NCBI GenBank assembly: GCA_008369845.1
Contig: MRSU01004812.1
Location: 1-59,484 of the forward strand
Origin: Trichomonas gallinae
Taxonomy: Eukaryota
DNA length: 59,484 bases
Reading direction: 5' to 3'
The notes beneath the pieces are model-generated. The model was not told where the DNA came from. It was given only the letters and a program-made list of their open reading frames with translations, and ran no database searches. Below, in pieces: positions 1-8,720 of this stretch. How positions within the stretch are numbered: the first letter of the stretch is position 1; each line of letters opens with the position of its first letter. The translations under genes were made by a program, and so were the position numbers.

Positions 1-5
1 GGACA

Positions 6-32
6 TTTTTTTTTTTTTTTTTTTTTTTTTTT
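6..32. repeat. T27 homopolymer at window start
   Basis: Seen directly; possibly a contig edge. Confidence 0.9.
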
Positions 33-38
33 GATATC

Positions 39-125
39 CTAAGTTAGGGATCTAGTTTGACGCACTTTTGTGGTGCGTGCGCAAAATCAAAAAATATTTA
101 GCACCAAACGAGATCCCTACCTTAG
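39..125. repeat. Inverted repeat / long hairpin (21-bp arms, 2 mismatches)
   Basis: CTAAGTTAGGGATCTAGTTTG (39-59) pairs with CAAACGAGATCCCTACCTTAG (105-125). Confidence 0.85.
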
Positions 126-207
126 TCATCTTATGAAATTGTTCCATAAAAAAAAATTCAATAATTTACAAAATTTTGGTGGTTTTTTTATAATTTGAAA
201 TTTTACA

Positions 208-675
208 ATGTCGAAAGATCAGGATCCTGCTGAGTTTGAAGCTATTGTGCAAAGGCTTGAAGCATACGTTTCGAATATCAGAGAAAATGTCCCGGTAAAT
301 CCTGAGCATAAGCTTCAAGAAATTAATTTCTTTCTTGCTAACATAAAGCAAGATGAAAAATCTAAAAAAGAAAATGAAGAACAAGATGAACAATATAAAA
401 CACAAAAACAAACACCTAAATTGCCACAAGAATTAAAGAATATGGAACAAGAGTTGATTAATTTAGGCCTCAAAACGAATGATAAAGGTAAATTTTCTAA
501 GGTAACTGAGCTTAGAAGTTTAGCTGAAGAATTGGCTGGTCAACATAATCTTATTTACTCAACAGCATTGAAAAACAAAGATGTATTACTGGCATGGTTT
601 AAATTGAATTGGGATATCATTAAAGACCATATCCAGGAGACTTTACAGAAAATGAATAAAGATGAAAAATCTTAA
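208..675 (+). CDS. Hypothetical protein, charged N-half and small C-terminal helical domain (K-x-K-x-x-L-L-x-W-F-x-x-N-W-x-x-I)
   Basis: 155-aa ATG-initiated ORF, stop in TAAA context. Confidence 0.75.
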   Translation: MSKDQDPAEFEAIVQRLEAYVSNIRENVPVNPEHKLQEINFFLANIKQDEKSKKENEEQDEQYKTQKQTPKLPQELKNMEQELINLGLKTNDKGKFSKVTELRSLAEELAGQHNLIYSTALKNKDVLLAWFKLNWDIIKDHIQETLQKMNKDEKS

Positions 676-908
676 ACAGAACGATATGCATTCTAATTAT
701 TTATTTTTTTGTATAAATTATGTATTATTGGTAATCAATGCTTTTTTATACAACCGTATGTTAAAGTAATGCTGTCAAAATCTTCATTAACACAAATCTT
801 CGATTTTTTCATTTTGATATTTGGAAATAAGTCTAAATATAACTACATTTCGAGGAAATTCTTGCTAAAATATAAGAAAATTAATTAATTTACAAACATT
901 ATTTAATT

Positions 909-2114
909 CTAAAATATCAAATCTTCAGGAACTCCATCACTATCAGTTGGAACAACTTGGGCTTGTCCACGTTCGCTAATCATCTTCGTTTTAGCACTGA
1001 TGCTTTGTTTTGTCGTTTCAACGATCATTGCCAGTAACGAAAGAATTTTCTTCTTCTGCTGAGCACGATGAACTTCTGTATTAGCAACAAGCTTTTCAAG
1101 TGCAATGGCTGCAGCTCCAGCTTCCGCTGAATCAATTTCATCAACTCTTTCATGACGAGCAATTTTCAAAGATTTCTCTTCTCCGAGTATATTTGTAGCT
1201 TTATAAGCAATTCTCATATCAGGGTTCTTCGATAAAACTTCGTCTTTGATCATATCTTTTGGTAAAGCGAATTCTTTGTAAGAAGTCATTGGTGGCCTTT
1301 CGTAATCGAGTGCAGTAATTGGTAGAGATGCGACCTGAGCTGCACATTCTTCTGGTGTTCGAGTTGGAACTTGATCTGCGATCGCTTGCCAGTTATTTGA
1401 CGGCATATCAGGATTTTTGTTGACCTCTTTTAGAGCCTCGTTGAGCCTGTTGTTCTCGTCAAGCGTCCAGTTGCCTAAATGCATCAAAGATGAAATTTCT
1501 GCAACTTTGCGGCTTCTTTCCGGTGTAAAGTAAGGAGCGCACATCAGTGAGAATGGCTGAACTGGATTTGGCGGAATGTTTGCATTTGGATTGATTTTCG
1601 CATCATACGTTGCTTCAGAGAGGATAACATCATCATGCGTGTAAAGTAATATTGGCCAGTTGGTGGCATCTGGGACAATGAACTGTGGCCTGGTGCTGGG
1701 TTTGCAGTTATAGTTGATTAATCCATGGTCGGTTAAAAATTTCCAAACAGCGAACGTAAAATTAATTGGAGCTTTAATATTTCGTCTATATAGAGTGAAC
1801 GGGATATATCTGTTGCTAAAAATTCGAGAAATTGCGACCATGAAATTTCTTACTTCTTTGTAAATAGGATTATTCGAGAAAGGAAACTGTTTTTCGTAGT
1901 CAGATATTGATGAAAAATCGAAAAATTCTCCTCTTGGCGGGATTAAAACAGGTTTTGGCGGATTCACTTGATTAATTGCTTTAATCGTTGAAACAAAATC
2001 AATTGTTGCGTCAGAATTTGGAGATGACTTTGGAGGACGAACAATGCTGATTTCAAAATTCCTGAATTTTGGAACTGATTCAATAGAAAAAGGGTCAGTG
2101 CTGAAATTGTACAT
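909..2114 (-). CDS. SWIRM + SANT/Myb domain protein (SWI3/SMARCC-like chromatin remodelling subunit)
   Basis: SWIRM motifs YKEVRNFM and WKFLTDHGLINY; SANT motif WTLDENNRL...WQAIADQVPTRTPEEC. ATG at 2114 is preceded by Inr TCACTTTT, so it is preferred over the 2153 start. Confidence 0.85.
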   Translation of the reverse strand: MYNFSTDPFSIESVPKFRNFEISIVRPPKSSPNSDATIDFVSTIKAINQVNPPKPVLIPPRGEFFDFSSISDYEKQFPFSNNPIYKEVRNFMVAISRIFSNRYIPFTLYRRNIKAPINFTFAVWKFLTDHGLINYNCKPSTRPQFIVPDATNWPILLYTHDDVILSEATYDAKINPNANIPPNPVQPFSLMCAPYFTPERSRKVAEISSLMHLGNWTLDENNRLNEALKEVNKNPDMPSNNWQAIADQVPTRTPEECAAQVASLPITALDYERPPMTSYKEFALPKDMIKDEVLSKNPDMRIAYKATNILGEEKSLKIARHERVDEIDSAEAGAAAIALEKLVANTEVHRAQQKKKILSLLAMIVETTKQSISAKTKMISERGQAQVVPTDSDGVPEDLIF

Positions 2115-2514
2115 TATAAAAAGTGACAGATCTACTTCCAACATCAAACTCACAAATTAACTTTTCCTTATAATATAATATTTAGATTTTACAAATATAT
2201 TGACTAATACATCAAGTTTTAACTGGTTTATCTTGCACTTAAACAATGACATTTTGGAGATTGAAATTGAATCATCATTTGTAATGATCGATTCATTATC
2301 ATCATATTATTATGAATATAACCAGTACAGATATGAACTGTCTTCAAGGTTTTTTTTTTTTTGAAATTTAATTTTAAAATTGCACTATTAATATCAGGAG
2401 ATGAGGGGATGAATTTAACCACTTGGATAAAACATTGATCCAATTCCAATTTTCTTATATTTTGATGATTAGTTTTTGTGACAAATTTTGTCTTGTAGAT
2501 TTGTACAAAATATT

Positions 2515-2560
2515 TTTACGTGACAAAATATAGTTACATGACATATTTATTTACATGACA
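2515..2560 (+). promoter_or_regulatory. Three copies of the TTAC(A/G)TGACA motif upstream of the Dsc3-like gene
   Basis: Copies at 2515, 2534 and 2550, 30-75 nt before the ATG at 2590. Confidence 0.6.
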
Positions 2561-2589
2561 AAATTTCGTTTTTGCTGTCAAAAATATTG

Positions 2590-3279
2590 ATGGCGGATCT
2601 TCTATGCGAAAGTGGAATTCCGCCATCAATATCTTTTAATATACAGTTTCCGGATGGGAAAGTTATGCAATTTCATTCATCACCACAGGACAATATTGAT
2701 TCAGTTCTAACAGAATTGCAAAAAATTCCAGAACGTATGCCAAAAGACAATCAAGAGATGATATTATTATATAGAGGTCGAATCTTAAAAAGTTCCGATA
2801 AAATTTGCGAATTAAATCTATCAGAATTTTCAACAATAATATGTTCATACAAAATGAAGAAATCAGATGTTTCAAACTTCAAAGAATTGCGTGGGTTTGA
2901 CAGACTTGCACGAATGGGATTCAGCCAGGCTGATATTAATACTTTTCGAAACCAATTTCATCGAAATATGGGAGATAATCTAAATGAAGAGAGCAGGTTA
3001 TCACTTGAGGATGAATGGCTTCCAGCTCTAATTGTAGCAAATGGAATGCTTGATGAAGAAGATGTCCAATTAGAGGGCCAGGATACAGAGACTCATGATA
3101 CATATGCTTGGAATTCAGATTTATTTTTTATTAATTTGGTTATGTTTTCAATAGGATTAATTGCAGGATGGTATGCGTTTATCATTTCTATTCTCTTTGC
3201 AGATAGAGGCAATATTTTCTATGTTCTTGAAATTCTTAGTGGTGCACTTATAAGAGAATATTTGTTTAAATTGTTTTAG
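2590..3279 (+). CDS. Ubiquitin-like + Dsc3/DUF2407-type C-terminal domain membrane protein
   Basis: UBL motif LLYRGRILK; Dsc3-type LRGFDRLARMGFSQADINTFRNQF...LEDEWL; hydrophobic C-terminus. Confidence 0.75.
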   Translation: MADLLCESGIPPSISFNIQFPDGKVMQFHSSPQDNIDSVLTELQKIPERMPKDNQEMILLYRGRILKSSDKICELNLSEFSTIICSYKMKKSDVSNFKELRGFDRLARMGFSQADINTFRNQFHRNMGDNLNEESRLSLEDEWLPALIVANGMLDEEDVQLEGQDTETHDTYAWNSDLFFINLVMFSIGLIAGWYAFIISILFADRGNIFYVLEILSGALIREYLFKLF

Positions 3280-3520
3280 ATAATTTATTTGTATATTATA
3301 GATACAATTTGCATATCTTATTCTTATCTGATGATTTTGAAAATAATTTGTTTGTAAAATATCTTTATTTCAGAAATTTATTATTAATTTTTTTAATTTT
3401 AATTTGCAATGCTGATTGAAAGTGAGCAGATTATTGCTACAATCGAGAATTTAATAATTTTATTTATTCCAAGATAAAAATTCATCATGAAATGTAAAAT
3501 TTATAAAAAAAATATCAATT

Positions 3521-4801
3521 TTATTCAATATCAGTTATCTTGCCATTGTAAAAATCATAAACTCTAACAAAATCGCCCATATTAGTGATAATTCTTTCTC
3601 CATCGAAAATTATTTGTCTAAGAATTCCATAGTTATCAACCATTCGCATTCTAACAGAGCCACACTTCAGAGGTGCCCTTGCTTCAGTGATGGTGAAATT
3701 TCCATCTTTAATTTCTGGAATTACAATATGAACATTATAATCTCCACCGATAACGACTTTGTCGTTAAGGTTATTGTGGAATATATACTTTATATTCTCT
3801 TCATCTCCAAATTTTTGCGATCCAAGTTCTTTTTGATGATTGATATCATAATAATATACGCCATCTGTAGTTCCTAGAACAGCAATACCATTATTCAGTA
3901 TGGCACTTGAAATCACTTGTGAATTCATCTCAACTGTTGAAATAATTCGTCCTGAAAGTAATTTCACAATTTTATTGCCAAATATTGCCAATCCTTTCTT
4001 GACATTGAATGAACATTGTCTAACAGTTGTTCCTTCTTCAGTTGCAATATTCCACATTATTGTACCTTTTGGATTTGAAATATTGTGACAAGATAAATCA
4101 GTGGATGTTGCTATGTAGAGTTGATTTCCCGATGATGCTAGAGCTATTGGATCTCCTATATGCGAAAATGTGGTCTTTGGAAAAGTGATATCATCCTTCG
4201 AAAAAATATATCCTCTGCGATCAGTTACTACAGCAAAAGATGATGAGTTTATTGCATGCATCAACGGATTTTTACCAATTGAGTTCAAAAATTCTTTGAT
4301 TTCTCCAGTTTTAATATTAATAATCGATAAAACTGAGTTATTTACTGTAACAATGGTATTATTATCAACATAAAGGAAGTCATTGACTGAAATCGGGATT
4401 GTTTTAATCGTTTCATATTCGCATCCGTTTTCGAGATAATCATAAGCTAGAATTGATAAAGAATCTTGACTGCAAAATGCCAAAGAGTTTGAAAAATTAT
4501 GAATTTGAGTTATATTGGTGCCTTTGAATGATTTCGCTTTAGGTTTATGGTGTTCAATATTAAATGAAACTGCATGGCGTTTAGAATAGCTTGTAAACCA
4601 ATCGATATTCATTGGTGATTTCGATATTTTGAACTCTGGCTCTTTGAAAAATTGATGATATTTATTTTCCCATAAAGATTGTGATAAACATACCTCAGCA
4701 ATATCATTATTTGCTGGAGCTATGTCAGCAATCTTTTCAGGCCTGAGCTTTTCAAGAACAGGTAATAAACACCAAGAAGGAAGCTCACTAATATCAATCA
4801 T
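3521..4801 (-). CDS. F-box-like N-terminus plus degenerate WD40/beta-propeller protein
   Basis: ISELPSWCLLPVLEKL...VCLSQSLW is F-box-like; C-terminal FDGERII...VRVYDF is WD40-like; Inr TCATA before the ATG at 4801. Confidence 0.65.
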   Translation of the reverse strand: MIDISELPSWCLLPVLEKLRPEKIADIAPANNDIAEVCLSQSLWENKYHQFFKEPEFKISKSPMNIDWFTSYSKRHAVSFNIEHHKPKAKSFKGTNITQIHNFSNSLAFCSQDSLSILAYDYLENGCEYETIKTIPISVNDFLYVDNNTIVTVNNSVLSIINIKTGEIKEFLNSIGKNPLMHAINSSSFAVVTDRRGYIFSKDDITFPKTTFSHIGDPIALASSGNQLYIATSTDLSCHNISNPKGTIMWNIATEEGTTVRQCSFNVKKGLAIFGNKIVKLLSGRIISTVEMNSQVISSAILNNGIAVLGTTDGVYYYDINHQKELGSQKFGDEENIKYIFHNNLNDKVVIGGDYNVHIVIPEIKDGNFTITEARAPLKCGSVRMRMVDNYGILRQIIFDGERIITNMGDFVRVYDFYNGKITDIE

Positions 4802-5091
4802 TAAAAAAATATGACAAAAATTTTTAATAACCTTAAATTTTTTCAAAAACTGATCAAAATACTAGCCATTTTCTTCATCATGAGAGAAATCTATTCCCTA
4901 CTAGTCTGCTATGTGTAAAAGCACGGTTAATTGTTATCAAAAGTTATCAAAAGTTCTTTGGAATATTTTAATGAAATCATTACTTATTTATTTGCTATGC
5001 GCTGTGCACTATTAATAGATTATATTTCATTCCAATAAGTGCTAAATGAACAAACTCTAATATTTATAAAACAATAAAATAAAATGAATGA

Positions 5092-8013
5092 TTATAATGG
5101 TGTAGGGAAGAACTTGCTGAAAATTTCTCCAATTCTACGATTTTCTTTTACGTCTTTAAAGTGATCCCAAACTGCTTTTGCATCTTCCTTGAATTTTTCG
5201 CCAATAAAATCTAAAGCTTCGACAATTCCTTCAATTGGCTCTGACCCAATCATTCTTTCTCTTTGTTTGTTGGGAAGAAGGAAAATATTTGACAAAAATA
5301 TTCCAATTTCTGCAACAATTTCTACTTCTTCTGCATTTGTGTGCAATAATTCAATTATAAATGGTATAATGTCTTTGTAGCTGATGTCCTGATAATGCTT
5401 ATTAATGTTAGACATTTCTGTGAATGCGCCTTTCAATAACATCGTATCTATATTAGCGTTTTCAATGGGAACATTTTCTTTTGCCAAGACTTTTACAATA
5501 TCATTAAAGAAATATACAATAGACCCAGGTAGCTCCTCATACATTGCGACCAGATTCTCAACAACGCTCTCAAAACCATTCTCGATATTGAATGCCAAAT
5601 ATATAGTAGTTAGCAAATCACCGATATACCAAGAATTTGAAGTATAATAATTCTCACTAAAAATTTCTCCGACAGCATTAAAAATTTGATCAATGCATTC
5701 GTGCGATGGATTGCAGTTGAAAATGAAATACTCGATTGTATCGCATGCGGGCTCGTATTTACTAGGATACGCTTGTTTGAGAGAAGAAAGTGTAGCAGGA
5801 ATAAACCATGTTAAACCAAGTCTGACCATTTCATTAATTCCTTTAAAGAAATTCGTACGATTAATTCCAACCACCTCAAAAGTCCTGAACTGATAATATG
5901 CGAATCTGCTGATCATTGTTGAGATGTAATATTCAATCACCACTCCAGGAACTTCAGTGCACATTTTTAGTATCTTTTTTGCAAGATAATCTAATGCACC
6001 GACTAAACTATTATCTGGTGTAACTTTCATCCATTGTACACAACTTTCAAATACCCACATAATGTAGTTGTAATCGAACCTGTCCAGCATTGATGCAATT
6101 GCGTAAATTGCAGTTGATTTATTTTTTATGCTTTCACTTATGAAAAGATTTTGTATGATATTAATAGGAATCAAATATTCATCTGGAAGTTTGGTTTCTT
6201 CATTTTCATTAAATTTTTTCATTATTTTGATGCCATCTTCAAGATTACATCTAACAACTGCACCACTTTCATCATTAACTTGATGAACTCCAATAATAAT
6301 TTTAACAATTTCTGTGTAAGCAATTAATAGTTTTTCTCTGAATGGTTGAATATCATCCAAAGCTCGCATGATATCGTAAACGAATTCTGACACAAATAAA
6401 AAGTCACCAATATTCTCAGATTGCAGTAGTAAAATAATAAAGTCAAGGCATTCATTTTCAATAAGTATCTCTATTGTATCAGGTTCTTTATATAGAATAA
6501 TATCGAGGCATTTCATTGCATAAGCGTTGATGGGGAACTGCGCAGTAGTCATTAGATGAATCATAAATTTCAAGATGTCGTCGAATACAGTAAAATTATT
6601 TGCATCATTTGATATAACTATCATTCTTTCCACGCACTGAAAATAATATTCAAGATTAGCTGGCATGATGCCTTCCAGTGCACCAAAAATAAATAGAGAA
6701 AATGACTCATGACAATTATTGCATTTTTTCATTATCTTCTCAATACTTTGTAAAATTATCTTTTGTGCATCTTCTCTCTGATAATTCGCTTGCAGTAATG
6801 GAAAATATGTTGTCAAAAGTAAATTAGTATTCGTGCAATATTTGATTATAGAACTTACAGAATACATAATTGGTTGAAGGGGCGCATCTCTTTGAATGGC
6901 TAATGTCAACGCATGACCTAGAATTTTTTCTGAATTTTCTTGTATTCTTGCATATTCTTCTTGCGATTCTTTGTCAAATATTTTTGGGACAAATTGCGAT
7001 AATAATAATGTTGCACCTAATGCATGCCTTCTATGCATTTTATAACGAAGCCGAGTAATTAAAGAGTACCAGCATGAATATTCGTTGAATTCAACTTCTT
7101 TGCATTTTGTGATTCCAGGCGGAACAACTCTGTTTTCAATAATATATGAATCAGTCATTCTAACCAAGATTTTGACAACGAAATTTAGAAATTTTTCAGA
7201 GAAAACTGGTATTAGATTTAGGAATTTTATGAGTAATACATACATCTGAACTGGATCTCCACAATCCATTATTTGGTGCATGCAATTTTCTACAATTTGA
7301 TTTCTTTGCGTGAAAAAATCTTTGAATTTATCTCGAATTGCGCATAAAGAATGCAATATCTTTCTTAATACTCCGTAATTATTATCTTGATTTAGAGTCA
7401 TATTGCAGATAAGACCAATCAAATATTCCCAAGTAGGCCAATAATTGCCCAAAAGTTCAACTGTAGGTTTTGCTTCGAGTACAATATTAAGGAATTGTGG
7501 AATCCACTGAGGATCACATTGCGGAATTTCAATCATAATCAAATTTATAAAGTGTCCTGCATTATTGAAAATAAAATCATCTGGCCAGAATTCATGTAGG
7601 AAATGCAGCAGATATGGCTTGATTTTATCGTTTGGCGCATCTAGATCTGCAAGAAAAGACAAAAGTTGTTCACTTTTCACATCTGTATGTAGTAATAGGA
7701 CGCGTAAAGTTTGACATATGTATTCTATTAATTTTGGGTCAGATACATTCTCGATTATTGGGAAAAAATATTGCCAAATTGCCAAAACTTGTTCTTGAGT
7801 AAAATTATTGATATTAACGAAAAGATAAGGAGCTGAAAACTCTATAAAATTAGATATTATTGGAATATTATCAATTGTTGAAGATATGTTATATAAATTA
7901 TCGATAAACTCTGTAACACTGTATGCCATAACGTTTGGTAAAGGTTGTGCAGGCACTTCTGGCTCTTGTTTAGCCTGTTCTGCGTTTTGTTCTTCATGAG
8001 TCAGCTCGCTCAT
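5092..8013 (-). CDS. Large alpha-helical (ARM/HEAT-like) hypothetical protein
   Basis: 973-aa ORF with amphipathic helix periodicity; Inr TCATTTT upstream. Fold is inferred. Confidence 0.7.
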   Translation of the reverse strand: MSELTHEEQNAEQAKQEPEVPAQPLPNVMAYSVTEFIDNLYNISSTIDNIPIISNFIEFSAPYLFVNINNFTQEQVLAIWQYFFPIIENVSDPKLIEYICQTLRVLLLHTDVKSEQLLSFLADLDAPNDKIKPYLLHFLHEFWPDDFIFNNAGHFINLIMIEIPQCDPQWIPQFLNIVLEAKPTVELLGNYWPTWEYLIGLICNMTLNQDNNYGVLRKILHSLCAIRDKFKDFFTQRNQIVENCMHQIMDCGDPVQMYVLLIKFLNLIPVFSEKFLNFVVKILVRMTDSYIIENRVVPPGITKCKEVEFNEYSCWYSLITRLRYKMHRRHALGATLLLSQFVPKIFDKESQEEYARIQENSEKILGHALTLAIQRDAPLQPIMYSVSSIIKYCTNTNLLLTTYFPLLQANYQREDAQKIILQSIEKIMKKCNNCHESFSLFIFGALEGIMPANLEYYFQCVERMIVISNDANNFTVFDDILKFMIHLMTTAQFPINAYAMKCLDIILYKEPDTIEILIENECLDFIILLLQSENIGDFLFVSEFVYDIMRALDDIQPFREKLLIAYTEIVKIIIGVHQVNDESGAVVRCNLEDGIKIMKKFNENEETKLPDEYLIPINIIQNLFISESIKNKSTAIYAIASMLDRFDYNYIMWVFESCVQWMKVTPDNSLVGALDYLAKKILKMCTEVPGVVIEYYISTMISRFAYYQFRTFEVVGINRTNFFKGINEMVRLGLTWFIPATLSSLKQAYPSKYEPACDTIEYFIFNCNPSHECIDQIFNAVGEIFSENYYTSNSWYIGDLLTTIYLAFNIENGFESVVENLVAMYEELPGSIVYFFNDIVKVLAKENVPIENANIDTMLLKGAFTEMSNINKHYQDISYKDIIPFIIELLHTNAEEVEIVAEIGIFLSNIFLLPNKQRERMIGSEPIEGIVEALDFIGEKFKEDAKAVWDHFKDVKENRRIGEIFSKFFPTPL

Positions 8014-8515
8014 GAGTCAAAAATGACTTTACAAAATTTACATGTCAAAATTTTGCTATACATTTTACCGAAATATTATAAACATTAATACAATGATATA
8101 CACAAGGTATGGGCCAATTTTGTCTTTCCTATTCCGCAACATTCCTCACAAGATCAATATTATTACCAAAGAAGTAACATTAAAATAGAATATATAAGTT
8201 TATATTTCACTCCTTTCACTAGAGCACATAGTATTCTATCATGTTAATGTATCAAATTGATTTAGTTCTAATTATCTACGCTAGTAATTGTCAAACATTA
8301 GGTTGTTAAATTTTTGACAATTGTCAGAAATTGGTTAATAATATGAAATAATGTATTTTAAAAGAGCCACTATTTCAGCTATACTCATGTTCAAGACTCT
8401 CAAAAACAAGAATTTGATCAATAAATAAATCAGTGTTGAATATTTGATAATTTTCTATCTTTTCTTATTTGCAAAAAAAAAAAATATTTGAAAAATGAAT
8501 TGTCAATATTTTATA

Positions 8516-8591
8516 TTTACATGACAAAATTCATATTATTTGTCGGGAAATTACATGACAAAAGTTCGAAATTTGATATATTTACATGACA
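8516..8591 (+). promoter_or_regulatory. Three copies of TTACATGACA upstream of the WDR7-like gene
   Basis: Copies at 8516, 8551 and 8581, 30-35 nt apart. Confidence 0.6.
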
Positions 8592-8720
8592 AACGAAAAA
8601 TCGTATCCGAATAATAAGGTTAATGCTTAAAAATTCGTGTTCGCATGTTTTTCGTGGTACATGATATGATACTAGGATGATTATGCGATTAATTTCATCT
8701 AAAAGTGCCAAAATAAAGAA

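Noticed and set aside
33..130. SECIS element (AUGA...GA quartet on the minus strand)
   Set aside because: The helix above the quartet is about 25 bp rather than 11-12, there is no correctly placed AA loop, and no upstream UGA-containing gene on that strand.
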